A stretch of DNA of 64,000 nucleotides from the NCBI GenBank assembly GCA_951406725.2, contig OX597817.1:16368001-16432000 (forward strand), written 5' to 3'. Below the pieces are notes generated by a model. That model was not told the origin of the DNA, made no database searches, and saw only the letters and a list, made by a program, of their open reading frames with translations. Numbering within the stretch: position 1 is the first letter of the stretch; the number at the start of each line of letters is the position of its first letter. A program made the translations under genes and the position numbers. Below are positions 25,718 to 39,521 of this stretch, one piece after another. This stretch comes from Octopus vulgaris. Lineage: Eukaryota.

Positions 25718-26297
25718 ATCTTTCAGTAATCTTTCATTACTTTCATTAGCTTATAGTTGTTTCTACTATAAGAAGCAGTGCTCTCAGAGCTGAGTGCTTG
25801 TACAACATCCTCCTCCTCCTCATCATCATCATTGTCATCATAATCATTTTTATGTTTGGCTTTTTCAATGCTGGCATGAGTTGGATAGGAAACTTAGTGG
25901 CAGTGTCTTATGGCCTGGTGTCATGCCTGATGTCAGCCCTTTCAGTCACCTCCAAAAATGTGCTGGGGGGAAACAATGTATCTATATTAAAAATGAAAGC
26001 TGCATTATGGAAGTCATTTTAACGAGTTTTTTTTTTATCTATTTATCACCCAACGAGATACGTCTGCACCACCGGATACTCCTGAACCAGTTTTTGTGTC
26101 CCACGAGAGGAATCGATGCCAGATGTATCGAAACAATTGTTGTGATTAATAATATATTCTTGCATATTCCATCTTGTCTTTCATTTGTTGTATGTATGTA
26201 TGTATGTATGTAGTTGCAAGGTATGCTTGTACAGTTACATATTAACCCTTAAATTAACATCTAATACATGTGCTTAATCTATATATATAAAATTCTT

Positions 26298-26355
<58 letters not shown>

Positions 26356-27024
26356 TCTAAAAAAATACAAACTGGGACAAGAACATAAAACATTTAGAAG
26401 ACGATACAAAAAACACGGACGGGACATTCGAAGCCTTCAATCTTCAGTCAAGAACCGGATCATCTTCGCAATTTCGGCTGATATATACACACACACACAA
26501 ATTACTGCTGTTCTTAAAGTTGACTGACTTTCCATTAATCTGAGCTTCCTGCCAGAGACAGATATCAATGAAGATTTGTGCATGTGTATGTATGGGTTTG
26601 TGTCTGCACGTCTGTCAATATATGTGTAGCAGTTTGTGAATCTGTATAAGTATGTTAGTCAATGAGTGTGTGTGTGTTCATATTTTGTTTCGGTATATCC
26701 GCTTCTGTTTGCCTATGAGTGGGTGCACATGTTTGCAGTGAAAATTTATACCATATTTGATGGTTAATAAGACACATGTGCTTACAAGGTGCGGCCCAAT
26801 TTTTCCAAGCCTTTCCCCCCACAAGAAAGTTTTAAACCAGTTTTTGCCAGGCATTCATAGCCTGCCTCACAATCAGGTCATTTCATATTCAGTTCATTAT
26901 GTAATCTCATGATATTTCATTAAAAAAATTTAACTGCTTTATAATTATATTTCTAAACTATACATCCTATGTTCTTCAATTAAATTTTAATATGAATATG
27001 AACTTAGATATTTTTCCTAAAACA

Positions 27025-27441
27025 ACTCTTTGCTCTCTTTACTATTTTACTTGTTTCAGTCATTTGACTGCGGCCATGCTGGAGCACCGCCTTTAGTCGA
27101 GCAAATCGACCCCGGGACTTATTCTTTGTAAGCCCAGTACTTATTCTATCGGTCTCTTTTGCCGAACCCACTAAGTGACAGGGACATAAACACACCAGCA
27201 TCGGTTGTCAAGCAATGCTAGGGGGACAAACACAGACACACAAACATATACACACACACTTATATATATATATACATATATACAACAGGCTTCTTTCAGT
27301 TTCCGTCTACCAAATCCACTCACAAGGCATTGGTCGGCCCGGGGCTATAGCAGAGGACACTTGCCCGAGATGCCACGCAGTGGGACTGAACCCGGAACCA
27401 TGTGGTTGGTTAGCAAGCTACTTACCACACAGCCACTCCTG
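27025..27441 (-). mobile_element. SINE family A
   Basis: Full-length family match. Confidence 0.9.
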
Positions 27442-27689
27442 ATTTTTTATTTATCGATAAATTAAAATGATGTTTGACACATAACTTAATAAAAGATTCT
27501 TGGATATAAAACAGATGATAAATGAAGGAAATGTGGAAAGGATATATAACTTGAGATGAAATGAACTGGTAAGAGACGATTTATTCTCCGTTATAAAATA
27601 CAATGATTGCCATACATCAAATAAAATAACAGGTTACAACAAAGATGTGTGAGTGACTTCTTGGTTAGGCTGGACTGATCGTGTAGGCA

Positions 27690-29255
27690 AAGCTGACGTA
27701 CTGTCTGGTGGTGTTTAGAGGACATGTGTAGGCTCAAAAGAAATGAAACCAGTATGTTTCGCTGAATGTGCAATGTCAGTGTGCATGTTTGACAGAGTGT
27801 AAACATCTTGGGAGAAAAGTTGGGCATAAGAGGAATCAGATGTGGTGTGCAAGAGAGATTACTATGCTGGTATGGACATGTGATGTGTATAGACGAGGGC
27901 AGCTGTGTTTTTTTTTTACCTGGAAGCACTCCGTCGGTTATGACGACGAGGGTTCCGGTTGATCCGATCAACGGAACAGCCTGCTCGTGAAATTAACGTG
28001 TAAGTGGCTGAGCATTCCACAGACACGTGTACCCTTAACGTAGTTCTCAGGGATATTCAGCATGACACAGAGAGTGACAAGGCCGGCCCTTTGAAATACA
28101 GGTACAACAGAAACAGGAAGTAAGAGTGAGAGAAAGTTGTGGTGAAAGAGTACAGCAGGGATCACCACCATCCCTGCCGGAGCCTCATGGAGCTTTAGGT
28201 GTTTTCGCTCAATAAACACTCACAACGCCCGGTCTGGGAATCGAAACCGCGATCCTATGACCGCGAGTCCGCTGCCCTAACCACTGGGCCATTGCGCGTA
28301 AAGAAGTACTGATCTCTAACTGTGGAGAGAACCTGTAGTAGAGGTGGACCCAGGAAGACATGGGAGGTGGTGGTGAAGCATGGTCTTTGAACTTTGGTCT
28401 GTTGGTCGTGTGATATTCATACAGAAACAATGTAAGCAGGCGTCTGGTGGAGTTGAAAGCATAGACTGGCTGGTGTTAGACACATTGAAGCGTTTCAAAT
28501 TGCAAGACAGTGTGTGAGAGAAAATTGTGATGAGAGAAATGTGTCCACATGGATGATGGTGCACTTGCATTTAGTGATTCTGCAAAGAAAGAGGCTTGGA
28601 AATGCCATTTTGAAAGACTGCTGAATGTGAGGAATGAATGGGAGGAGAGTCTGCCAAATGTTGACCCAATTGAGGGACCAGCTATCCAAATGAACAGCAC
28701 CCAGATAAATAAAGAAATTAAGGATATGAAGACAGGAAAAGTCCCCAGCCCATCAGGAATCACTGCTGAGACACTTAAAATATCTGCCAGTGTGGTTATG
28801 GTCTAAATCAGGTGGTTTATGAAGGAGTCATACCCAATGAATGGTGTAGAAGCACCATAGTCAAAGCACCTTTCGAGTGTTGGGTTTCACAGAGGCAAAG
28901 TGGCCAATGCCAGTGGCATGTGAGAAGCTCTTTTCAAGTGTTGGACCTTACAGAGGTAATGATGAATGACTGAGACCTTTGGCAATATGTCATACTTGAG
29001 AAGAAGACCCATCAAGCCAAGTCGAATTGCAGTCAAGTCATAGCAGATACCGATGTCACACAAATGGCACCCATGCCAGTGGTACATAAAAGTACCCCTA
29101 ACACTCTTAGAGTGGTTGACATTAGGGAGGGCATCCGGCCGTAGAAACCATGTCAAAGCAGACTGGAGTCTGGTGCAGCCTTCCAGCTTGCCAGACCTAG
29201 TCAAGCTGTCCAACCCATGCCAGTATGGACAACGGACATTAAATGCTAATTATGA
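27690..29255 (+). mobile_element. RTE LINE fragments related to 15600-18535
   Basis: LGIRGIRCGVQERLLCWYGHV; MDDGALAFSDSAKKEAWKCHFERLLNV; RTE 3' UTR. Confidence 0.8.
27909..28297 (-). mobile_element. tRNA-derived SINE family B, inserted in RTE
   Basis: Head GCGCAATGGCCCAGTGGTTAGGGCAGCGGACTCGCGG...GGTTTCGATTCCC; poly-A tail. Confidence 0.85.
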
Positions 29256-29669
29256 TAAACAAATAGTAGAAGATACTTACCCAAGATGCCATTGCATAGT
29301 ATCTCAGGCTAGTGTCTTCTACTATAGCCCCAGGTCAAGCAAAGTCTTATGAGTGGATTTGTTAGATGGAAACCTAAAGAAGTTTATCATATGTGTATGC
29401 ATGTGTCAACTGGAAGTATGTCACTGAAAATTCATGCAAACAATGTAAATTTTTAATACTGAGATTGATAAGGCAATATTTTGTAGGGAAAGGGTGCATA
29501 GTCAATGCCATAAACACCAGTATATTACTGGTACTTATTTTATCACAACACACAGATGAAGGGTAAAGTTGACTTCACTGAACTCAGAAAACTGAAAGAG
29601 AAGGAACAAAATACTGTAAAACATTAGGTCTGTTCTCTCCACTAACATTAGAATAATAGCTTTCCTTAT

Positions 29670-30004
29670 GAAAATAGTCATGAACTAGATAACTGAAAAC
29701 TAAACATTTTCTAATATATTTGTCATAGAAATTCTTTGTCCCTACCAGAACTCAACGGCCCAAATAAATTATAGGACTTGAAGCCAAATGAAAAATGTTA
29801 ACTATATAACATTTCCATTTACCTTTTCATAGGGTAATTTACTTCTCTTGAAAATTCTAGAACTGATCTGGATCTCATTAATTTTGAAAATAGTCATGAA
29901 CTAGATAACTGAAAACTAAACATTTTCTAATATATTTGTCATAGAAATTCTTTGTCCCTACCAGAACTCAATGCCCCAAATAAATTATAGGACTTGAAGC
30001 AAAT
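29670..30004. repeat. ~120-bp direct duplication
   Basis: GAAAATAGTCATGAACTAG...GGACTTGAAGC at 29670 and 29886. Confidence 0.9.
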
Positions 30005-30039
30005 AAAGAGAGATATTTAACAAAGGAGTTTTACACTTT

Positions 30040-30433
30040 TTTTTTTTACTTGTTTCAGTCGTTTTGACTGCAGCCATGCTGGAGCACCACCTTTAGTCGA
30101 GCAAATCGACCCCGGGACTTATTCTTTGTAAGCCCAGTACTTATCCTATCGGTCTCTTTTGCCGAACCGCTAAGTGACGGGGACGTAAACACACCAGCAT
30201 CGGTCGTCAAGCAATGCTAGGGGGACAAACACAGACACACAAACATATACATACACATACATATATATATATACATATATACGACAGGCTTATTTCAGTT
30301 TCCGTCTACCAAATCCACTCACAAGGCTTTGGTTGGCCCGAGGCTATAGCAGAAGACATTTGCCCAAGATGCCACGCAGTGGGACTGAACCCAGAACCAT
30401 GTGGCTGGTTAGCAAGCTTTACCACACAGCCAC
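30040..30433 (-). mobile_element. SINE family A
   Basis: Family match. Confidence 0.9.
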
Positions 30434-31222
30434 AGTAGCTTGTTATGAAATCAGTGTTTTGCCATCATTGCTGTTTTGCATCATATGAAACCAGATCAAA
30501 CAGACCTATGATCAAATAAATTAGTTGTGATCTAGAGGTATCTAGGTCTCTGTTATCAAATGTGAACTTCATTTTTTAAGATGCTAGTGTGTGATCTGAG
30601 TGAAATTCAGCGCTTATTTTTAGCAGTTTGAACAACTACATAAAGGTTATCTCACTTGCTCAATCAATGATTCGTTATAATTGATGACATTGATTTCTTA
30701 TTGCCCTTACGATATGACCAAATAGAGGATTGACAAAATTGTTTGAGCATCAGACGATGTTTAGTTATGAATCTCTCTTTATATTCTGTGTTTAACTTTA
30801 CCTTTTATCCTCCAGGGGTCTTTAAATAAAGTACCAGTCAAGTATGGGAAGCTTTTCAATATTATTATAAAGCAGCCTACATATAAATGAAATTCTAATT
30901 GAAGAAATGTGACCAAAGGCAATATTCACTTTCTTCACAAATAAATTTCTTTATTTAGATGAAATTGTAGAGGGTTTTATAGACCAACATTTTATAAATG
31001 CCAGTTGCACATAAACGCACCCATTACACTCTTGGTGTGGTTGGTGTTAGGAAGGACATCCAGCCATAGAAACAATGCCAAATCAGACTGAAGTCTGGTG
31101 CAGCACCTCAGCTTACCAACCCTGGTCAAACTGTCCAACCCATGACAGCATGGACGATGGACGTTAAATGATGATGATGATGAATTCTTTTAGCAAAACA
31201 AAGGAACTTATATAGCATAGCT

Positions 31223-34200
31223 GTAAAAGGAAAAGCAAAAAAAATAAGAACACTCATAATCTCAAGATGAAATCAGAACAGAGAATCCAGCTTCATTTCA
31301 CAATGGTCAGCAGAACTGGTTGGTTGTACCTACACATGTACACTACACAACATCTGTCCAGAAACTACTCTCCCTCTGAGATCCCCTCCCTCTGTCTGTT
31401 ACCCTCAATGTCCTGGTGAAGAAAGAGGCTATTCAAATGCCCCACTTCTTGACATGATGTCACTTCCCTTGTTTCTGGTCCTGACAACACTCTTCCTTCC
31501 TCACTTCTGATCCCAATGTCTCCCTTCACTCCCATATACTCCCACCCCACTTTATCTAAAGATCACTGCCCTTCTATTCCATTTCAAAATCGCTCACCTA
31601 CCTGGATGGACAATGCTCCCTTTGTGATCTTCGCAAGGTCACAGGATTGGCCTCTCCTTCTACTTCATCATCAGAGGAGTTAACAACCCTATGAACTTCC
31701 AAGATGTGACCCAGCATTCTGTTCCCTGATATGATATTCCAAGTGTTAACTGCAGTCACTCTTCCTCTCCCCCATTGAGTTGTACACGATGCATTAGGGA
31801 GCTTCATGCACACTTCATCTCCAATCTCAAAAAAAAAATGCAGACCCTTCCACTTCTGACTATTACGGAGCCACATTTGGGTGTCTCCATTTATTCCTGG
31901 AATATAGCTCTTTGCAGAGTCAACTCTTCAGCTTGTTCTACCCTGGCCAACATATTGTCCCAAAAAAACTGCCCCTCTCAGTCATGGCTTTAATTGTGTA
32001 ATGGCATTGTTCCACAATCCCATTTTCACTGGGCTTGTATACAGCTCTGAAGAAACATCTCATGTTCCATCTTTCAAGCATTTCCTTCAGCTGCTCCAAA
32101 ACGAAACACTGTGCTATTGTCCATGAAGAGTTCATTCACTGGTCCCCACTTCCCAGGAATATTGTATTCAGCACCTCTGCAATTTCAGCCTGGTCTCCCT
32201 CTATATTATTACTTACCCTGGCCTACAATCAACCACTGAAAAGTACAACCTTTCCCAATAGTACATCACATCTATCACAAGCATTTTCCAGTATTCCTCC
32301 TCTTGATGTGGGATCAATGGACTAACACCTCTCACAACTCCCAACTACCTTCTGAACACTCTCCCTGGTGACATCAGGGTCAATCATCCAGGCCAAAAAC
32401 AGAGCCCTGTTGACTCATATCCTGTGCATGTTGTGCAGCCTCCTCAGTTCTGAGCTTGCAAGCTGACATGCTGCAGCCACTCTTCTCAATAAATACTCTG
32501 TCACTTTCAGCCAGTGCTTTTTTATCCTGGTTCAGATCCTTTAACACAGCATCTAGTTCAGTTACATTGATGTGGTTGTAGTCATGTATCTTCCTGAGGC
32601 TTATTGCATATTCCACCTCAACACCTCCCATTTCCAGAATGACTCTTATTGCTATGCCACTTGCGTCACACAATACATTCCTTTTTTCTGTTTCAGGCAC
32701 ATACCAGTTGCCCTTCATCAGATCCTCCACTCTCACTCTCTCCAAGACATCTTGTATCATTGTAATTGTCTTCTCTCCCATTTTATCACTCCAGTTCACT
32801 CCTTCAGCTCAATGCTTGCTGTAACTACATGCCTTTCAGAGCGATCCTGCAACAGGATAGTGTCTAAACAGCTTCCCACACATTGAGAACAACTCTCCCC
32901 TACTCATGTCTTTGTGCTGGTCTAGGATCTCATTTCCTCTCCAAAACACAAGCGTACCCATTTTATTTCTTTTGAGCCTGAGCCCCAGTGCTATACATCT
33001 TTCTATAGCCTCCAGTGATTTAGCCATCAACCTGAACCTTCTCAAATGACCCACAACTTCCTCTGCCATTCCCAAATTCTCATCTACCAGGATGCCATCA
33101 ATATAAGAACTTGTAGTCTGCTCCAACTTAGCCTCTTTCCCCAAAATCTCCTTGTAAACCTTCACCAGGACTTTTTGGTGTTGAACTCAGACCTAAACCC
33201 AGCCAAGTCAGACAGTACATTCTGCCCTTGTTCTTCAGTAGCTGGTACCTCCACAACTTCTCAAACACATGGAGCTGCAGGTATGCCAACTTGAGGTCAA
33301 TGATCATAGTTGCTCCTGCCTTTTGCCTCCGCTCCCACATATGCTTCACTACCCATATGGCAGGACACATGTTCATTCAACTCACAAAAGTCTAGCACCA
33401 GTCAAACATTATTCTTTGTCAGCTGGACTACAGCCATCATCAACAGCACATCACTTGTCACCTCCTCTTCCCGCAGTATCAAAATATCCTTCTCTATCCA
33501 TCTATCCACCTCACTCAGGAACCCACTCCTAACCTCTCTTTCCAGAATGTGCTCATAGCAATTCACCCTGTTTCTCAGTTTGCAGGACTCTTCTTTCCCC
33601 AAATTTCTCCACTGCTTGTCTTTTGCCGTTGAATTCAGCACAGAAGTTTTCACCTTCAATCTTGGCTACAGTATTCACTCTCTCTAATGGCAACTATCAT
33701 TCCTACAACCTTCTTCCTCTGCTCCACTCTCACAGCATGCAGCACAATGGTCACCAGATTCCACTCCTACCCTGTCGACTGTCAAGCTGCCCCAGTGTAC
33801 AATCATGACCATTCTCAGCACTAAATTGATGATGTCCACTATTTCATCAACTACAGTTGCTTGTGCAGCATCATTGATGTCCATTGTATCTCTAACTCTT
33901 CTGCAACTGATGCCCCTGCATTTAACCTCCCTACCTGAGGCTAGTTCTTCCTCTCCAACTCTCTACCATTTTTATGGTAACCAAGGGCTTGCACTTCATT
34001 TGCCCCTACCAGAACCCTTATTACAGGCAGCAATTGTAGGTGCACCTCTAATTGTATTATTTCTCTGTATGCAAAAGCTTGCTACATGCCTGAGCTGAAT
34101 ACATCAGTAACACACCACTTCAGATTTTGGTTCTGTACAATCTCTGTCCATGTGCGGACCCCAAAACCTAAAGCACAACCCCTTAAACATCTGTCTTGCC

Positions 34201-34461
34201 ATACATATTTCCACTATTTGCCATCTACCTTTTCATCCTACTCATGCCCACTGTCATCATTGCTGTCACATATACTCTTTTACTTGTTTCAGTTATTTGA
34301 CTGCGGCCATGCTGGAGCACCGCCTTTAGTCGAGCAAATCAACCCCGGGACTTATTCTTTGTAAGCCCAGTACTTATTCTATCGGTCTCTTTTGCCGAAC
34401 CGCTAAGTGACGGGGACGTAAACACACCAGCATCGGTTGTCAAGCAATGCTAGGGGGACAA

Positions 34462-34514
<53 letters not shown>

Positions 34515-35546
34515 TACGACAGGCTTCTTTCAGTTTCCGTCTACCAAATCCACTCACAAGGCATTGGTCGGCCCGGGGCTATAGCAGAAGACACTTGTCC
34601 AAGATGCCACGCAGTGGGACTGAACCCGGAACCATGTGGTTGGTTAGCAAGCTACTTACCACACAGCCAGTGTCAGTCTGTTTTAACAATTGCATTTTAT
34701 CCACTGAAGCCTACTGACATTGTGTTGATGTCCAACAGCTGTTGCGACCTCACTGAGATGTGATCAGGAAATCCAGTCACAAAAACAATCTTCACACCAC
34801 TCCATTGTTCCACCAGTAAACTCAGCTAACCCAGTTAATGACCTGATCTCACTCACACAGTCATCAACTTGCTTGTCTGTCCGTCTCACTCTCCCAAGCT
34901 TGTTGTAGGCTTTGAATGCTCTTCATGTGTATGCATCCTCCAGTTACACTTCAATATTCTCTATTTTCAGCTTATCCACTTCATCCATTTCTAAATATAG
35001 ATTTCGCACAATTTCCTCTCAGAGAAGTGGCATAAGACCAGCCACATCTTCAATGCCCTGCAACTTCACCACAAGCTTAACCATTTTGATTCAGGCCACC
35101 ACATCACCTATCCCTAAAAATGGTCTCAAATCATCATTATTAATCCTTATCTGCATAACAATCATGAGTGTTGGCTGTAGTAAGGCAATAGAGAAAGACA
35201 GAAATATGTCCCCATGGCAGACAATCAACGAGTCAAAATAGCTTGCAGAGGAATGAGGTTAAAATAAGAATAATCTTACCTCAAGACAAAATCAGAACAG
35301 AGTATCCAGCTTCACTTCACAAAGATCAGCAGAACTTGTTGGTCATACCTACACATGCCCATTACCCCAACATCTGACCAGAAACTACTCTCCCTTCGAA
35401 ATTCCCTTCACACATCAATGTCCTGATGAAGAAAGAGGCTCTCCAAATGCCTCACTTCTTGACATGAGGCCATTTCCGTTTGCTTCTGGTCCCAATGTCA
35501 CTCTTCCTTCCCTTTTGATCCTGATGTCTCACCTCACTCCTCCACA
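31223..35546 (-). mobile_element. Decayed Ty3/Gypsy LTR retrotransposon with both LTRs
   Basis: Diverged direct repeats ~31223-31537 and ~35176-35546; polypurine tract next to the 3' LTR; order gag, RT (IIDLKLAYLQL, SYIDGIL), RNase H (CDASG, HINVTELDAV), integrase (YKPSENGIVE). Confidence 0.88.
34271..34668 (-). mobile_element. SINE family A inserted in Gypsy gag region
   Basis: Family match. Confidence 0.9.
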
Positions 35547-35660
35547 ATAATTATCTACAACTTATTTACAAAAGGCATTTGGATGGGTGCTCTAGGTGAA
35601 CTGCTAGGAATAGCAACAAAATCTTCTGAGACCCTAGTCTCAAATTTTCATGATCTAGAA

Positions 35661-35839
35661 CAGTGCTTTTCAAACTTTTTGCTGGAGCGGAACCCCAAGA
35701 AAACATTTCACTGGCTTGAGGAACGCCTATGCAATAATTTAATTGTCTTATGCACACATATCTGCACAGGAGAATTAAAAATTACTGTCGATTTTAGCAT
35801 TTTTGTAACTTCTTGCGGAACCCTGGTTGAAAACCACTG
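35661..35839. mobile_element. hAT (Charlie-like) MITE
   Basis: Perfect 8-bp TSD ATCTAGAA; TIRs CAGTGCTTTTCAA / TTGAAAACCACTG. Confidence 0.9.
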
Positions 35840-36173
35840 ATCTAGAACCTTGAACTAATGTAATCTCATTAAAAGAAAAAATGTCACCATAAATATATCA
35901 ATGCCTATGTGAATATGACCTAACCAATCAGCATTGATAGACTTAGTATGGCTGAAATGGCAATCTTCAAAGGAAGTATATGAGTTTTCTCACCAAACAG
36001 TTTAGTCAAAGTTTCTAGAACTTTCAAACCATCAGTAATAAATAGATGAGTGAATTCAACTTTAGGCAGAACTATGCAGGTTATGTTGCTCTTCCTTCAT
36101 ATGATAGCCTTTTACCTTGCTGTAGTAAGGCAATAGAGAAATGGACCAGAGAGTCGCAAAGCTCCGTCTAGAA

Positions 36174-36421
36174 CAGTGTTTCTCAACCGGTTTTTAACCT
36201 AGGAACCCCTTTGATTCTGATTTTACTCGGATGGGCCCTCCTAGCCATTCGATGCTTAAAAAATCTTACCATATTTTTATAATTAAATATTACTAGGAAT
36301 CGTATAAAAACTGTTGAAATATTTTGTGTATTGTAAAATTATAACATTTATTGCAGATAAATTTTCATAAAATCTTATCTGGAACTCCAAGGGCCATATG
36401 GACTCCGGTTCAGAACCACTG
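36174..36421. mobile_element. hAT (Charlie-like) MITE
   Basis: CAGTGTTTCTCAACCGG / CCGGTTCAGAACCACTG; degenerate TSD GTCTAGAA / ATCTGGAG. Confidence 0.8.
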
Positions 36422-36878
36422 ATCTGGAGGATTTTACGTCGCTTGTCTCAGCTAGTTCTTTCTCCGTGTCTTTCACTTCTAATTATACTTGTGTTGTAGT
36501 TAGCAAACGGCACTAACCTTTACTTATATCTAATTAAACACATTAATTATATGTAGTGATTAATTTCCTTACACCATCTTCATTACATTATTCAGCAAGT
36601 TATATTCATTGCACCTTGGTCCCTTGATGTACATTTGTAAATATAACGACGAGGGTTAATAAAATATTTGGCAACTCAAACTTAGTGTAGTCGTTGTCAA
36701 CACACGCGACTTCCCGAACTTGTGAATAGCTTAAGAATATAGGACTAACCACCACACTAAACTACAAATAACACCCTGATGTCGTCTCAAAACGGGAAGA
36801 GCTTATTTGAAAATGTAGTCCATATACACCAAAAAAGACGAAGAGGACTGATCAAGCAAGGCTAAACAAATTATTTCC

Positions 36879-37305
36879 GGCGATCTTTCGTCTCTAGTAG
36901 ACCTTTCCGTCGATTTCCGTAAAATTTTTTTTTTTTTTTACATATGGGCTTGCGGGAACTTTTGAAGTAATATACATACATATACACATACATCGAGTAA
37001 AAAATTTCAGTTATCTCTTTCTTTCACACATTACTCTGTCTCTTCACACACACTAACAGAAGCACTTCACTTACACAACATACTGTCTGTCTCCTACACC
37101 CCATCAAACACACGCACGCACACACACATGTCCATCAATGCTCCCATGCACGGTAACTTCAAAAGAACTTCCATCGTCATACAATCGCTTTCTCTTAGTC
37201 TCTTTCGCTCTCATTACTTCAAAAGTTCCCGCAAGCCCATATGTAAAGAAAAAAATTTTTTTTACGGAAATCGACGGAAAGGTCTACTAGAGACGAAAGA
37301 TCGCC
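36879..37305. mobile_element. MITE with ~90-bp TIRs and 8-bp TSD (Merlin-like)
   Basis: TTATTTCC|GGCGATCTTTCGTCTCTAGTAGACC...GGTCTACTAGAGACGAAAGATCGCC|TTATTTCC. Confidence 0.88.
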
Positions 37306-37699
37306 TTATTTCCATTACAGTCTCTAGTTTCCCTAATATTAGTAATTGATTTAGATAAAAAGAACATTCAATTTTTATACAGGCGGGAAATACGTGTGAC
37401 GTTTGTTTAAAAAAAAAAATGACTCCACCCATCATTTAATTGGCATTTAAATTATAAACTCTAGAATCGTATACTATAAACTCTATCCCCAAACTCTAAA
37501 CCCTGAACCCAAATAATCCTACTTAAGCCCCTAATCAATAATGCTTATAAAATGTGATGAACTGTATATTTGCAGGAGCAAAAACTAAAATGACTCGGAT
37601 CGTCAAGAATTTGTTTCGAAAATTGTCAAATCGACAAGTGAGGGAAACTCAGAAATCAATATTGGGATGATTTTGCCTTCAAACTCTCTCACACATTCC

Positions 37700-37868
37700 G
37701 TTGCGTTCTGGGTTCAAATTCCGCCGAGGTCGACTTTGCCTTTCATCCTCTCGGGGTCGATAAATTAAGTACCAGTTACGCACTGGGGTCGATGTAATCG
37801 ACTTAATCCCTTTGTCTGTCCTTGTTTGTCCCCTCTGTGTTTAGCCCCTTGTGGGTAGTAAAGAAATA
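37700..37868 (+). mobile_element. SINE family C, 3' part
   Basis: GGTTCAAATTCCGCCGAGGTCGACTTTGCCTTTCATCC...; matches 52669-52900. Confidence 0.8.
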
Positions 37869-38217
37869 AATATACCGTCAAACTCTGGTCCTGGTTCAAA
37901 ACAGCCTTAAAAATAATAGATATTATGAATTAATGTATTCAAAATCAAAAATATAATTTTAACAATGCTAAGAAATAGTTTAAGGGATGAAATATATTTC
38001 AGAATAGTAATTTCTTGAAGCTGGCTTCATAAAGTCGAAAATTCCAGTCAGTAGTAGAATAGAAAAAGAAAAAAATCCCACTTGAGTTAGGAAAAAAACT
38101 GAAAGTTTGTCCACGTGGACAGGCGTGAACCATATACATTATATACGCACCTACGTATTTACGTGTGTATATATGTGGGTGTGTATAGCTAACGGAGGGA
38201 GGGGTGGATGGACGGAC

Positions 38218-38291
38218 ATATAGACAGATAGATAGACAGATAGATAGATAGATAGACAGATAGATAGATAGATAGATAGATAGACAGAGAG

Positions 38292-38323
<32 letters not shown>

Positions 38324-38361
38324 ATAGACAGACAGAGATAGATAGATAGATAGACAGAGAG

Positions 38362-38412
<51 letters not shown>

Positions 38413-38447
38413 CAGATAGATAGATAGATAGATAGATAGACAGAGAG

Positions 38448-38485
<38 letters not shown>

Positions 38486-38491
38486 ATAGAC

Positions 38492-38555
<64 letters not shown>

Positions 38556-38561
38556 GGATAG
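38218..38561. repeat. (GATA/GACA/GA)n microsatellite
   Basis: Direct observation. Confidence 0.97.
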
Positions 38562-39120
38562 AGTTCTATTCCTTCGGTTTATACGGTTATTTGGTTCGCA
38601 ACTCACCGTTCAAATCGAAATTGTGAAAAGTAAGGAAGATAATAAATATGATTATAGTATTTGTGTATGTTCGCGTGTGTATGCGTTCTGTCGAATATTA
38701 GGTTTTAACTTGTAATCAAATTAAAGAGCTTTATCTATTCTTTCGATGATCACATAAACGTGGTGACATCAAAGTTAAAGAAGATTCAGGAATCATTCTG
38801 GTTCCTCTCTTTGTCTTCCTTTCTCGGTTTCAACAGTTGCTCTCTGTATACAAAGCTTGTGTTTCTGCTGAACTTATTTCTATTTTGAAGTTGATTTAAT
38901 ATAGTAATTTTCATTTCCAGAGAAATAAAATGGACATTTCAAACTACTATTTTTGAATTTTGTTGGATACTTTCGAAATTACTTGAAAATATTTAACAAA
39001 ATATATATATTTAAAAAAAAAAAAAAGCTTTAGTTTAGGGTGTACTTATAAAAAGAAAATGAAATACTGAAATATGTGAGAAATAAAAAATTAAAAGTTC
39101 GAATATATATATATAAAGCA

Positions 39121-39521
39121 CTAGCAGTATCGCCCGGTGTTGCTCGGGTTTGTAAGGGAAATAACTATATAAGCATTTTTAGAGAGTTATAGCCAAAAAA
39201 TAGCAAAAAAAAATGCATTAAAAATGGAAAACAAATGATGGTAAATTTTTTTTAAATCGTTGACTCATCGTAGACATTTTTAGAGAGTTACTTCCCTTAT
39301 ATAATAGCGAAAAAATACATTAAAATGGAAAAAAATTATGGTAATTTTTTTTTTTTTAATCGTAGACTCATCGTAGACGCGCGCTAATACCCAGAAGGGC
39401 TCGATATGAATCACGACTATAAGATACCCGGTTTTGGTTAAACTGCACCGCAAAATGTGGGAGTAGTTAGGAATCTAAATCGTAGGAGACAGGCACACTA
39501 CTTGACTTTTATGTATAAACA
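39121..39521 (-). mobile_element. Non-autonomous Helitron
   Basis: Same as 24409-24795; A|CTAG boundary on the + strand. Confidence 0.85.

Noticed and set aside
26400-26482. Minus-strand GAAA...CTGAAGA as a type II hammerhead
   Set aside because: Stem II does not close; the fragment is truncated by a microsatellite.
38151-38606. 151-aa IYLS-repeat ORF
   Set aside because: Translation of the (GATA)n microsatellite.
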